Shown here: positions 36,005-46,083 of the stretch, in pieces
How positions within the stretch are numbered: the stretch's first letter is position 1
Layout of the letters: each line of letters starts with the position of its first letter
DNA from: an uncultured Thermoplasmatales archaeon
Lineage (GTDB): Archaea > Thermoplasmatota > E2 > UBA202 > DSCA01
Direction of reading: 5' to 3'
NCBI GenBank assembly: GCA_964606745.1
Contig: CAZSHJ010000001.1
Location: 18,091 to 82,090 of the forward strand
DNA: 64,000 nucleotides
Position numbers and translations under genes: made by a program
The notes under the pieces: generated by a model
What the model was told of the DNA's origin: nothing
The model's input: only the letters and a program-made list of their open reading frames with translations
The model's database searches: none

Positions 36005-37014
36005 TTTTCATACCTCCTGTAAAGCCTGTATATGACAAAAAGTTGCAAAACGATGAATAAAAGCAGAGATATAATAACAGGAATGAGATATGTGTTGCAG
36101 GTTTCTTGGGTTGCATTACTCTCATGAGCAAGGCTCGTAAGTTCCATGGCATTGTGGTAACAGTCGTTCACGTATGAATCACCACTGCCTGCCATTGAAA
36201 ATTTCACATACACCACCTCTGTACCTGTGTCCTCGGCAATCTGCCTTGCTAATTCTCCCGCCTTTGCTTCCCTCATGAATTCGGGCACCGCAATTCCACT
36301 GTATTCGCCGCTTTCCAGTTTATTCTCTATATCCCCGATTTCCCTGCCGCTTGCAAATCCCAAGCCCTCGGCCATGATAACGGCCCCCACATACATCCCT
36401 GTATTCCCGATTATGTAACACACACCAGGCACAGCTGCAACGATTTTCATACCGTAAACGCCCTGCTCAACTCCTATTTCATGAATATCCCTTTCCGCTC
36501 CTGTAATCTCCAGTTTTAACCGAGCAAAGGATGAATTGAAGTATTCCTGCTCTTCGGGGCAAAGATTTGAAAGATCATCCTTTATTTTTTCGGCGATTGC
36601 AAGGGCATTGCCAAATTTAAGCCAGTATCCGTGGGGATTGGCATCATAGCCGGGAAAAGCGTCGAGAGTGACATTGTAGTCGTCAAAATCGAGATATCGC
36701 TTTTCGGGATTGCCCTTCCTTATATTGTCCTCATACGAAAGGAGATGGGAATTTGCAAGAACTATCAAATCTGCATTTTCGATATCCTTTATCGTATCCT
36801 GCGTTATATAGAAGCTATGGGGGTCGCTCCCCGGGGACAGTATCGAATTCACCTCTACAAATGAACCGCCGACGGTCTCTACAAGGGGCAGAAAATCGGA
36901 TACGGATACTAACACTTTTATTTTCTCTCCGTCATTGGCCATGCCTGCCGAGAAGGATGGAACAAAAATCAACACCGTCATCATAACCGCCACTATAACG
37001 CCCGGATGTTTCAT
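36001..37014 (-). CDS. metal ABC transporter substrate-binding protein (ZnuA/TroA family)
   Basis: Signal peptide. Metal-ligand motifs GSDPHSF and NPHGYWL are typical of the cluster A-I SBP family. Confidence 0.7.
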   Translation of the reverse strand: MKHPGVIVAVMMTVLIFVPSFSAGMANDGEKIKVLVSVSDFLPLVETVGGSFVEVNSILSPGSDPHSFYITQDTIKDIENADLIVLANSHLLSYEDNIRKGNPEKRYLDFDDYNVTLDAFPGYDANPHGYWLKFGNALAIAEKIKDDLSNLCPEEQEYFNSSFARLKLEITGAERDIHEIGVEQGVYGMKIVAAVPGVCYIIGNTGMYVGAVIMAEGLGFASGREIGDIENKLESGEYSGIAVPEFMREAKAGELARQIAEDTGTEVVYVKFSMAGSGDSYVNDCYHNAMELTSLAHESNATQETCNTYLIPVIISLLLFIVLQLFVIYRLYRRYEK

Positions 37015-37412
37015 CGTTCCACCTCTGGTATTTCATTTCCGCAGGGGCATAAACGGCGACCGTCATATTTCTTTTCAAGGGCAGCACTCATTTTCTCCCC
37101 GACAAAAGCATCTATGTTGCCCGCCTCCCTGCATGCTTCGCATGGAGACAAACCAAACGTGTCAACAATCAGGCATTCGATCAGGCGGTGCCGCCGCATA
37201 AGTTTTTTTGCGATTTTCCTTCCTTGCTCGCCTATAACGAAACCTTTATTCTTCAGATATATGCCATAGTTCCTCTTCACAAGTTTCTGAAGGGCCTGGT
37301 ATGCCGTTGTTTTATTCACACCGATGGTTTTTCCAATATAAGTTGGCCCTACAACAGGTATGCCTTTTTCATATGCCCTGTATGCCTCCTTCAAATATTT
37401 TGACTCTACCAT
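37011..37412 (-). CDS. DtxR/MntR family metal-dependent transcriptional repressor
   Basis: 133 aa. N-terminal wHTH (GPTYIGKTIGVNKTTAYQALQKL) and metal-site residues (RRHRLIECL). First gene of the transporter operon. Confidence 0.8.
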   Translation of the reverse strand: MVESKYLKEAYRAYEKGIPVVGPTYIGKTIGVNKTTAYQALQKLVKRNYGIYLKNKGFVIGEQGRKIAKKLMRRHRLIECLIVDTFGLSPCEACREAGNIDAFVGEKMSAALEKKYDGRRLCPCGNEIPEVER

Positions 37413-37480
37413 GTTTTATCCATCAAACCTTGTTTGGTTAAGCAAACATAGATATTTAAAGTTTTTCTATCTCACGGGGT

Positions 37481-37840
37481 ATGGCACAGATACAGGTATT
37501 CGAATACTGTTTCAGCGGAGGGGAGATGGCGGCTGCCGGGTCTAATCACCCGCATGAACTTCCGGACTGGAAGTACAATGAGGAAAGCAGGGTTTTTGTA
37601 ATATTTGTTTACGATGAAAATAAAAACGGAGCTAAGGCAACCGTCGAGGCTGATTTTTCCCCGTGCATAATAAAAGGATGGAAAATATACCACCTGGAAA
37701 AGGTAAGGCTGACGGAAGGCGGAATGTTTAACGATAGGAAGGCAACTTTCTCCATCAGGGGCATGGAAAAAAATGAAAGGCAAAGAATAGATATTCTGAT
37801 ATGGGGCCCACCGGAGAAAGTGAGGATTGAGGTAAAGTGA
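37481..37840 (+). CDS. hypothetical protein
   Basis: 119-aa ORF with no motif recognised. Divergent from the metal-uptake operon. Confidence 0.25.
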   Translation: MAQIQVFEYCFSGGEMAAAGSNHPHELPDWKYNEESRVFVIFVYDENKNGAKATVEADFSPCIIKGWKIYHLEKVRLTEGGMFNDRKATFSIRGMEKNERQRIDILIWGPPEKVRIEVK

Positions 37841-37972
37841 AAATGGAGGAATAAGAAAAGAGAGATTAAAAAGGAAAAGCCATTCAATCAATTTGTAAAA
37901 ATTTTTTGAATTGAGTTAAAGTCCTTTACAAATCAATTTTATATATTTTAGGTAAATGCTCCTGCATATACT

Positions 37973-38686
37973 ATGATATCGGAAGTTAAAGAAAGGGGAA
38001 TACATCTCGGTATAATACCCGACGGCAGCAGGCGCTGGGCGAGGATAAATGGAATTAAGGATTACGATGGTAGGCAGTCCGGGGAGGTCATAGACAATAT
38101 AGTGAAGTGTGTATTTGAGAAGCACCCGGAAGTGAGCAATCTCTCCATATGGGCATTGTCACCCGAGAATCTGCAAAGACCTGAAGGAGATAGGGAGCTT
38201 GTTTACAGGCTGCTTAAAAGGAAGATAAAAGACCTCCTGCGTAATCCGGGAATTTCCAAGGGGAAAATAAAGGTAAACATCGTCGGGTCGAGATTGGGGG
38301 AAATGCCGCAGGAAATAAGGGAGCTGGCACATGATATCGTTTCAAAGACAAAGAACCATAAAGGCAGGACGCTTAACATATGCATCGGATACGGGGGTAA
38401 GGAAGAAATACTCAACGCTGTGACGGCGGCGTCGAAATGGCTCAGGAAGAACCCCGCGATAACAAATCTGCATGCGAATGTCTTCGAGAAGTTTTTGATG
38501 ATACCCGAGCCCTTGGACATTGTGATTAGAACAGGTGGTGGGAAGAGGCTTTCAGGGTTCATGCTTTACCAAATTGAGTATGCAGAACTCTTTTTCATGG
38601 ACACTTTGTGGCCAGACTTCACCCCAAGAGATCTTGATAACATAATGAATGAATTCTTAAACAGGGAGAGGCGGTTCGGCAAATAA
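37973..38686 (+). CDS. uppS: cis-prenyltransferase (undecaprenyl/di-trans,poly-cis-polyprenyl diphosphate synthase)
   Basis: 237 aa. HLGIIPDGSRRWAR (UppS DGNRRWA motif), IGYGGKEEIL, and RTGG..RLSGF...Y.ELFF at the C-terminus. Confidence 0.8.
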   Translation: MISEVKERGIHLGIIPDGSRRWARINGIKDYDGRQSGEVIDNIVKCVFEKHPEVSNLSIWALSPENLQRPEGDRELVYRLLKRKIKDLLRNPGISKGKIKVNIVGSRLGEMPQEIRELAHDIVSKTKNHKGRTLNICIGYGGKEEILNAVTAASKWLRKNPAITNLHANVFEKFLMIPEPLDIVIRTGGGKRLSGFMLYQIEYAELFFMDTLWPDFTPRDLDNIMNEFLNRERRFGK

Positions 38687-39047
38687 CCTCTGGGATCTGC
38701 AAACCAAAACGCAGATACTTGGAAAATATCTTTCTCCATTCCTTATTAAAACAAATTTGTATAATTTTGGTCGTCCTCATTAATTCCATTAAGAATTTAA
38801 ATTAAATCTTGTTTTCATATCATACCTATGAAAAAAATAATAAATGAAGCTGGGGCCGAAAGAATGGCCATCTGCTTGCAAAGCATTAAGGTATATTTTG
38901 GAAGAAAATGGCTGTTTTATCCGTTTAATACCAAGCTATAAGATGTAAGGTTTGATTGAGAAATAGGCTCGAAATACGTGTAGGAGTTAGTTAACGTGAA
39001 AATTATTTGCTACTGCCTTTTAACGGCACCATTATCTTTTAAAGCAG

Positions 39048-39863
39048 GTGGATATTATTAAATTTATGGCATTTAAAATGATGGAGTTAAAGGTGGAAAA
39101 ATTTATTCTTAGCGAGTCTATTTCACTGATAGAGAGACTTTACGAAGAATTCGAGGAAGGTATAGATTTCAAAGATTTAAATTTCGGCCATTACAAGGAC
39201 GGTACAACAAATTATGAATTAGTTATCAGGGTAAAAATGGATTTTCTTTCTGATGAAACTGAGCAAAAGGCATTTGATATTGTTGGTGAGTTTAAGGATA
39301 TTCATAATAATATACTTGATATGTCCAGTCACTGGTTACCCCACACTCAAAAAGATGCCCGAGTTAGGAAAGCCATAACGTTAGCATCCAAATGCACAAT
39401 AAAAATTGGAAAACTCGATTGGTTTAAAGATTGTTGGATGAAAAATGAGAACGAAAATAATTTTCCGCCAAACGGCGATTTTTTAAAAGGGTTCTTTCAT
39501 TTGTTATTCAATCGACTAACAAATGTAGAGATGTTTTCTCAACAAGATGTTAATAGAATTTTTAGCGACAATAGCATAAAAAATTTAATAGAAGATTCCG
39601 TTAATGAGATTTATAAATTATGTGAAACTAACTTAAATGAATTTTTCCATTTTAACTTCTTTGAACGTTTCGAACATATGTTGTGTAATGATTTACTCTA
39701 TCTTGTATATTTTAGTGATGATGGTAAAGGACATTACAATAACGGGTATTATAACTTTTTATCGCCTTTTAGTTTACGTTACGATGCCAACGGAAGTAAA
39801 ACTGCAGACGAAGCTTGCAGACAATTCTGTAAAGAGATGAGGCAAACTTATGAAAAAAATTAG
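39048..39863 (+). CDS. hypothetical protein
   Basis: 271-aa ORF in an AT-rich segment. No recognisable motif. Confidence 0.35.
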   Translation: MDIIKFMAFKMMELKVEKFILSESISLIERLYEEFEEGIDFKDLNFGHYKDGTTNYELVIRVKMDFLSDETEQKAFDIVGEFKDIHNNILDMSSHWLPHTQKDARVRKAITLASKCTIKIGKLDWFKDCWMKNENENNFPPNGDFLKGFFHLLFNRLTNVEMFSQQDVNRIFSDNSIKNLIEDSVNEIYKLCETNLNEFFHFNFFERFEHMLCNDLLYLVYFSDDGKGHYNNGYYNFLSPFSLRYDANGSKTADEACRQFCKEMRQTYEKN

Positions 39864-39941
39864 GTAATATTCAAATACACACATATTTATAGTATGGTAA
39901 AGATGAAAACCAACATTACAGTTGATGACTAATTACTTGAA

Positions 39942-40014
39942 TGGGCTAGGCCGGAATCGAACCGGCGACCTTTGCCTCGTAAAGGCAACGTCATAACCCC
40001 TAGACCACTAGCCC
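39942..40014 (-). tRNA. tRNA-Val (anticodon UAC)
   Basis: Acceptor GGGCTAG/CTAGCCC, anticodon stem TTGCC/GGCAA with loop UUUACGA, T-arm GCCGG-TTCGATT-CCGGC, discriminator A. No intron. Confidence 0.8.
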
Positions 40015-40028
40015 GTTTCGTATTACCA

Positions 40029-40826
40029 CTAGCTGTATGCTATGTCTTTTTCCCTGTGGTGCTGTGGCATCAGAATATCTATGCTGGTCTTAAAAGTTTC
40101 CTTGTCTATCTCTCCGGACAGCATCCTGTCAAGCATTGCCCTGACTTTTTCTTCTGGTTTCAAGGAGTCTATATTGTCAACGGTGTACTTGCGGAAGTAT
40201 TCCCTTACCATCTCATCGCTGCTGTGGTCATACCTCAACGTGCTCTCTATTCTTCTGTGCCTTGCCTTTCGCTGTACGATTCTTGGATTCACCCGGTTGT
40301 TCAGATCATTGGTTATTACGGATGGCTTTATCAGGTATGGATAGATGCTGCGCTCAAAGCCGGCACGTGCTGCGATTCTCTTCGTTGTATTGTAGACAAA
40401 GTCGCCCCTTCCGTTCTGCGGTGCGAATCCCTGATGGCTGCCCTTCGATATTATTATTAGCCTGTCCTCATCTTCCTTTCTCCTTGGCTTGCACCTGTAT
40501 GGCAGGTAGCCCTTTATTGCCTTCATAAGCCGCGGGCTCATTATGATGTAGTTGTCTCCTGTTTTTGTGTCGTCAAGGTAGAGCTTCTGGCTCTCAAAGT
40601 CTATGTTGCTTATCTTAAGCATGCACATCTCCGTTGGTCTCAGCAGCCCATCTATCTCCAGCATTGCTACCAGGTATTCCAGCTGGTCCTTGGTTGCATT
40701 GATGTATCTCTCAATCTCTTTCTCACTCATCACTGCCTTGTTTACCGGAACAGTTCTCGGAACAGACACTCTCAAATCTCTCCTTTCCAGAAATTTGCAT
40801 GTGAAGTTGTCCTGCTCTGCAGCCAT
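40029..40826 (-). CDS. tyrosine recombinase / integrase (XerA-like size)
   Basis: 265 aa. Box I Arg (LLRPTEM) and C-terminal RKARHRRIESTLRYDH (H..R...Y catalytic cluster). Ends 15 bp from the tRNA-Val 5' end. Confidence 0.8.
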   Translation of the reverse strand: MAAEQDNFTCKFLERRDLRVSVPRTVPVNKAVMSEKEIERYINATKDQLEYLVAMLEIDGLLRPTEMCMLKISNIDFESQKLYLDDTKTGDNYIIMSPRLMKAIKGYLPYRCKPRRKEDEDRLIIISKGSHQGFAPQNGRGDFVYNTTKRIAARAGFERSIYPYLIKPSVITNDLNNRVNPRIVQRKARHRRIESTLRYDHSSDEMVREYFRKYTVDNIDSLKPEEKVRAMLDRMLSGEIDKETFKTSIDILMPQHHREKDIAYS

Positions 40827-40840
40827 ATAGTTCTGTCATA

Positions 40841-41416
40841 TCAATGTAGCAGGCCTTTCCCCTCTATTTCTTTATTAATCTGGCTGACTGCATTAAAAAC
40901 CTGCTCTGGTTTTTTTGCCCCTGCACATACAATTCTTCCCGAATTGAACAGCAGCAGTACCACCCCGAGGTCTGGACGGCGATATACCATACCTGGAAAT
41001 ATCTCTGGCTCATATTCCACGTTTTCAAGACCCAGAGCAGTTGCAGTCTCTACGAGATCGAGTTTTCCATGAAGGTCACCGGAAGCAACGATGTTCTGCA
41101 CATTAATGTCCGGTTTATCTGCAACCTCAAATCCTGCACGGCTGAGCATACCCATCACTCCCCACACACTTTTTTCAACGTCCTCAACGGTCTTGGCTCC
41201 CGTACATACCACTTTTCCACTGGTAAACAGAAGGAAGGATGCCTTCAATTCCTTTGGTCGCAGTACCAGCCCGGGAAAAACATTCGGGGTGTATTTGGTG
41301 TCGGGCAACTCTTTCTCAATCCTTCTCAGGTCAAGCGTGTCAGCGATGGATGCAGATGCCACGATGTTTTGAATCTTTATGTCAGCCATGATAGTTGCTA
41401 ATGCGCCCATCGACAA
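40841..41416 (-). CDS. tbp: TATA-box-binding protein
   Basis: 191 aa with two direct repeats (IQNIVASASI... and VQNIVASGDL...). Canonical archaeal TBP. Confidence 0.9.
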   Translation of the reverse strand: MSMGALATIMADIKIQNIVASASIADTLDLRRIEKELPDTKYTPNVFPGLVLRPKELKASFLLFTSGKVVCTGAKTVEDVEKSVWGVMGMLSRAGFEVADKPDINVQNIVASGDLHGKLDLVETATALGLENVEYEPEIFPGMVYRRPDLGVVLLLFNSGRIVCAGAKKPEQVFNAVSQINKEIEGKGLLH

Positions 41417-41561
41417 TAAACGTTTCTATATGAGAATGCCCAGTGATTACAGACTTACCGATTTTCATCATCCAACAATTTTCAAAATGGTTCACCTTTA
41501 CTGATTGTATTTCCACAATTTACGGGTAAAACTGGACACACCATAAATGGCGGGGAGTATG

Positions 41562-42407
41562 TCACATTTCATAAGTCATCTCAGATCCAACCCAAAAATC
41601 ATGAACAGTTTCTAGGCCAAACCTAGCTTTTAGTTGCAAAATAGCTTTCTTACCTGTGCAGTGATTGAGATACAACTGGGGCATGTTGTAGGTTTTCTCA
41701 AGGACATCCCCTATATGCTCTACTTCCTTCCTCGGGAACGTCATCAAATGGGTTCCGCCCAAGATAGCACGTATTTCCTTGTTAAACAGCTTACTAACAT
41801 GAATGCATGTATTGAGAAGTCCAGCATGGCAGCATCCTGCAACAATTACCAATCCCTTTTTGGTATCAAGAACGAGTGAAAGGTCATCGGAGAGGGGATC
41901 CCGTTCTCGCCTTCCATTTACCTTGTGAGTCATATACCATGCAGTGCTGTCTTTTTCTGGGCGGTCCGTAATTTCCCCTGTAGTGGTTAAACCATGGACA
42001 ACCTCAAAAGATTCCTTTACAAAACTGAATTTAATCCCTCGTTTTTGCTTTTCACTCAGCTCAGGGAAGCCTATTGGATAAAAATACAAAAAGCGTTTCG
42101 GCTCAATGGCTGCCGGATGCATGATAACTTCAATTACTTCTCTTCCTGTCCTTGCAGAGAGGAATGCAGGGAGACCGCCCGTGTGGTCTGAATGACCGTG
42201 AGAAAAAACAATTGTATCTATTTCGTCTGGGGAGATGCCAAGTGTCTTCATGTTGTTTAAAAGAATGTCGCCTCTGCGACCTGTATCAAAAAGTATTCTT
42301 TCCTCCCCGATTTCAAAGTAGAAAGAATTACCGTAGTCTGACTTCAACCCTTTGTCTTGTAAGGCATTGTTATTGTAGACATTAAGGATTCTAACCTTCA
42401 TTTTCAT
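41562..42407 (-). CDS. MBL-fold metallo-hydrolase
   Basis: 281 aa. Zn-binding FSHGHSDHTGGL (HxHxDH) and downstream His/Asp ligands. Confidence 0.7.
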   Translation of the reverse strand: MKMKVRILNVYNNNALQDKGLKSDYGNSFYFEIGEERILFDTGRRGDILLNNMKTLGISPDEIDTIVFSHGHSDHTGGLPAFLSARTGREVIEVIMHPAAIEPKRFLYFYPIGFPELSEKQKRGIKFSFVKESFEVVHGLTTTGEITDRPEKDSTAWYMTHKVNGRRERDPLSDDLSLVLDTKKGLVIVAGCCHAGLLNTCIHVSKLFNKEIRAILGGTHLMTFPRKEVEHIGDVLEKTYNMPQLYLNHCTGKKAILQLKARFGLETVHDFWVGSEMTYEM

Positions 42408-42938
42408 AAGTAAGACTTAATTGTTTTTATATAACTATTGCTTCGGCATATGCGAATCTAGTTTGTGCACCCTTGTCTATTCTGAATTTGGGGATTGCAA
42501 AAAATGCCTTTGGCGTTTCTTCTATTTCTCTCTAGAAAGTACTTTCAGATGTGGTGAACTTCTGCATCATCTGGATTCAAAGAACTCCAGATAACATGAT
42601 AACCCATTTTCTCCAGGACTTCAAGGCCTAAATTATAACTCCGAAGGATTTCCCCTACATTAGAGACTTTCCTGTCATCTATTTCATCTATTTTGCGCTT
42701 GCAGGTACTCTACGATGCTTTTTACGTAGAATTTGTAATCAAATTTTTGCTTGAGACAAGTAAAAATCAGCAAAATTGATGTTTTCAGTCAGCTATATTC
42801 CGAAGTACTGTTCTTCAAATCCTCAACAGTCAGTGAGTATTCCAAAATTTGGATTGTATTTAATTCCATTAAAATTTTTTTTAAATTAAATTTATATTTA
42901 AAGATGTCCTATAAGAAATTGAAAAATATTGGAGAAGG

Positions 42939-43940
42939 ATGAGTAAAGAAAATTGGATGAAAAAAAGTAAGATATACCGTAAAGGATTTCAATCCGCTAG
43001 TTCATATATTAGAAAACAAAACTTTGTGCATTACCTTCCCGTAGTTGTCCAGCCAACGGACTTGGGAAATGAAAGCTGGGCGTTTATATGGGCGGCGATT
43101 CGCTCTTATGATGACTTAACGGATAAACAAGGTTTAACTTTTAACCAGAAAGATGAGTTACACGTGGATATATATGAAGCTGCACATGAAATGTATAACA
43201 ATTCATTTGATGTTGAAAAGGCTGATAGCGAGTTAATAAAGTGGCTCTACTTTTACATTCAAAATGATGTGGAATATGAACTCGGGACATATAGATACCT
43301 CTGCTTGCTCCATGAATCAAACGTAGAGGACCATGAAAGGAGGGGAAAGATATATACCAATAAACAACTCAGCTACCTTATCCACAAAAAAGCAGCTTGC
43401 TTTTTCAAAGTAATATATAGCTTTGGTTTTGAGTTTAATAATGTATTATGTGAAAACCTTGGTCGAGCTCTCCAGATTGAAGACGACATAATGGATATGA
43501 AATTCGATTTGTCAGTTGACCAGATCAACATTACAAAAGAAGATATAGACAAATTTGAAATAGACTTGGATTCACCCGATTTATTATCACAACTACAAGT
43601 CAAGGGGTTCTATAATTACCGGGGCACTCAAGTCTTGCAACACCTTAAAATGGCGAGAAATGCGGCAATGAATATTGAAGATAGCTGGACGAGAAAGTTC
43701 TCTTTAATGGCAACTGAATTACTCGCTGCTCCAGTACTCGAAAATAGATTTAGACCTGGAGGTAGATATTATGTAAAAGGAGGGAAAATGTTAAACTCCC
43801 TACTTCCTAAGGATGAAAAAAGGGCGTATCATCGGGGTCATAGACTCATTAAAATGCTCTCTCGTTTCATTCCACAATGTAACCATTTTTCTCTAAATGA
43901 GAGACTCAGTCAATTGCCTGAAAAGGAACCCTGTATTTAG
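42939..43940 (+). CDS. hypothetical protein with isoprenoid-synthase-like Asp-rich motifs (squalene/phytoene-synthase-like fold?)
   Basis: 333 aa. Two Asp-rich motifs about 130 aa apart (IRSYDDLTD and LQIEDDIMDM) resemble the DDxxD/NDxxD motifs of class I isoprenoid synthases. AT-rich. Confidence 0.35.
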   Translation: MSKENWMKKSKIYRKGFQSASSYIRKQNFVHYLPVVVQPTDLGNESWAFIWAAIRSYDDLTDKQGLTFNQKDELHVDIYEAAHEMYNNSFDVEKADSELIKWLYFYIQNDVEYELGTYRYLCLLHESNVEDHERRGKIYTNKQLSYLIHKKAACFFKVIYSFGFEFNNVLCENLGRALQIEDDIMDMKFDLSVDQINITKEDIDKFEIDLDSPDLLSQLQVKGFYNYRGTQVLQHLKMARNAAMNIEDSWTRKFSLMATELLAAPVLENRFRPGGRYYVKGGKMLNSLLPKDEKRAYHRGHRLIKMLSRFIPQCNHFSLNERLSQLPEKEPCI

Positions 43941-44109
43941 TTTAAAATTGTGATTGTGCATTGTAGTGCATTAAATCTATCCAACACTACCCAATTTGCT
44001 TTTTGCATTTTCATTTTTTCCACCAAAATCCGCAAAATGGTGTGCTATTTTTTTGGCAGTGCGTTCTTACCTCAAAGCGAAGCTTTGGGAACAGATATCA
44101 ACTTTTTGA

Positions 44110-44131
44110 TAACCCCTAGACCACTAGCCCA
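44110..44131. repeat. 22-bp exact direct repeat of the 5' part of tRNA-Val (putative attachment-site copy)
   Basis: Exact match to 39993-40014. Confidence 0.7.
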
Positions 44132-44243
44132 CTACAATATTCCTGCAATATTCCGTATATACAATCTCCCTTTTAATTTTTTGTTTATTAATAGCATTGT
44201 TCATCCCAGCAAAAGTCTGCCCTCCAGTCGCTGGAACAACCCA

Positions 44244-45959
44244 TCAGACCAGAATCATGCCGAGAATCATTGCCACCACCAGCTGGAGGGATATTGCCAG
44301 AAAGAAAAGGATTATCGCCTTTCCCCCTACTTTGAGAACGGCTCCTTCCAAATTTTTAAAAAAGTTGCTGCCGATTACTTTTGCCTCAACATCTTTTTTG
44401 CAATAACTTATTTTGCCTCCTTCTTTTACATTTTCAAAGTCCATTTTTTTCAAAAAATCAAATACGGCATCAACATCGCTTTCGTCTGCACCTGCAGGTT
44501 CGTATTCCAGCTTTGGCGGCATGCCCGTCTTTGCATGGTCATCTGGAGACAACACAACCGGCTTGACTCCCTTATCGATAAGAAATCGCTCTACCATCAA
44601 TCTAAAACTTTTTTCGATATTGTTTGAATCTATCATAAAAATCGCATATTTCTCATCGCCATAGTCCAGTATTAGCATCGCCAGATACTCGCATATATTT
44701 AAAGAATTAACCTTTTCTCTTACAAGGGACCAGCTGACTTCACTCTCTTCCGTCTCAATACCTGCGGCCTTTTCTATGAGTGATTTAATTTCCTGCGATT
44801 CCTCCGGTGCAACGTTATACCCTTTCTTGTATGAATTGTGTGCATCACATATCAGGATATCCCCAAACGTATCTGCAAATTCCTGTATTTCTGGCGGCAG
44901 GTCGTCTATGGCATTTGTCCCGCTCACAACCATCAAACGAAAACCATCGAATGGGAAAACCGTGATTTTAAATCTCTCATTTTTTACCCCGTAGGGTTTC
45001 ATTGCCCTAAGCGTTTTACAGTCGCAAGCGATATGGTTTATCATCTTTTCCACCTCCTTTTCACTAACCATATTTTCATTATGGGTAGCTGCTGAGTGGA
45101 GGTACATCGTATCCCCCATATCGAGGATTTTTTTCACCAAGCTTGCTCCGCCGACATTTCTGAAGGGACCGGGATGAAAAGAGTTTGAAATCATCTTTAC
45201 TTTTCCTACTGACAGGCATCTTACCCATCCCTTTTTCATCACCCCTGCTTCATCAAGTTTTTTCTCGATATGGACAGGATTTGCCGTGAGCCAGAATAAA
45301 AGGAATGCTCTCAAAAAATCCTTTATGTTGAAACCAAAGTCCCTGTCAAGGAATCTTATGTAAAGATAACTCAGGAAAACACCCACCGCGGCTATGAAAA
45401 CATAGGTGGCCGTCAGGATATAGAAATCAAAGCGGCTGGGGGCATCGAAGGCATACTTGTAGTTGAAGGGATAAATAAAAAGAACTATGACCAGAGACAC
45501 CGCATAGATCCTGTCCTCGTCTGCCTCTGACGAAAAATAAAGAATAATAGTAAGGAAAGATGATATGAGTGCGGGAGTGAGAGATATTAGATAAGGGGTT
45601 CCGAAATGAAAAACTATGAAATCAAAAATTTCGATAGAAATTAAAATAAGTAGAGATAAAAAGAAAGTTCTTCTGCCGTCGAATGCAAGTTTTATTGTCT
45701 TGCCCAGAATAAGAATTAATAGAAGAAGAATAAGACCGAGAATCAGATATCGTCTGGCAAAAAATTCTCTTGCTAGTCCATATTGCAATGAAGCAAACAC
45801 GATGGTGATAACCCCCAGTGTGGCGGAAATCCTCTTCCTCGGAAGGGTGAATATCTTCGAATAGAACCTCTCAAAGATGGTTTTGTCCATATTAATGTCA
45901 TAAGTATATCTGGTTCTGATTTTTAACATTTGATATATATTCTGAGTGTTAAGGTACAA
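44244..45959 (-). CDS. large polytopic membrane protein with a C-terminal soluble domain, hypothetical
   Basis: 571 aa. Eight or more TM helices in the first 330 aa, then a soluble alpha/beta region. Confidence 0.4.
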   Translation of the reverse strand: MYLNTQNIYQMLKIRTRYTYDINMDKTIFERFYSKIFTLPRKRISATLGVITIVFASLQYGLAREFFARRYLILGLILLLLILILGKTIKLAFDGRRTFFLSLLILISIEIFDFIVFHFGTPYLISLTPALISSFLTIILYFSSEADEDRIYAVSLVIVLFIYPFNYKYAFDAPSRFDFYILTATYVFIAAVGVFLSYLYIRFLDRDFGFNIKDFLRAFLLFWLTANPVHIEKKLDEAGVMKKGWVRCLSVGKVKMISNSFHPGPFRNVGGASLVKKILDMGDTMYLHSAATHNENMVSEKEVEKMINHIACDCKTLRAMKPYGVKNERFKITVFPFDGFRLMVVSGTNAIDDLPPEIQEFADTFGDILICDAHNSYKKGYNVAPEESQEIKSLIEKAAGIETEESEVSWSLVREKVNSLNICEYLAMLILDYGDEKYAIFMIDSNNIEKSFRLMVERFLIDKGVKPVVLSPDDHAKTGMPPKLEYEPAGADESDVDAVFDFLKKMDFENVKEGGKISYCKKDVEAKVIGSNFFKNLEGAVLKVGGKAIILFFLAISLQLVVAMILGMILV

Positions 45960-46083
45960 GCAAAAAAAGAAAAGCTGGAGGAGGGCAGCTTTAAATTTAA
46001 TGGTATACTCCCGGATAATTATTGGAGCAAACTGATAATTGAAGGGCCCCGCAGAGTTGTAGAAGAAAAAGAAGAGGGATAAA

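Larger units (their letters stand above)
40015..44131. mobile_element. candidate integrated element bounded by tRNA-Val and a 22-bp direct repeat of the tRNA 5' end
   Basis: ATAACCCCTAGACCACTAGCCC occurs inside the tRNA-Val gene (39993-40014) and again at 44110-44131 in the same orientation. A tyrosine recombinase gene abuts the tRNA. Confidence 0.45.

Noticed and set aside
40029-40826. Calling the tyrosine recombinase a definite phage/element integrase
   Set aside because: Its size and motifs are equally compatible with the housekeeping archaeal XerA. Reported instead as a recombinase, with the integrated-element idea kept as a hypothesis that depends on the 22-bp repeat.
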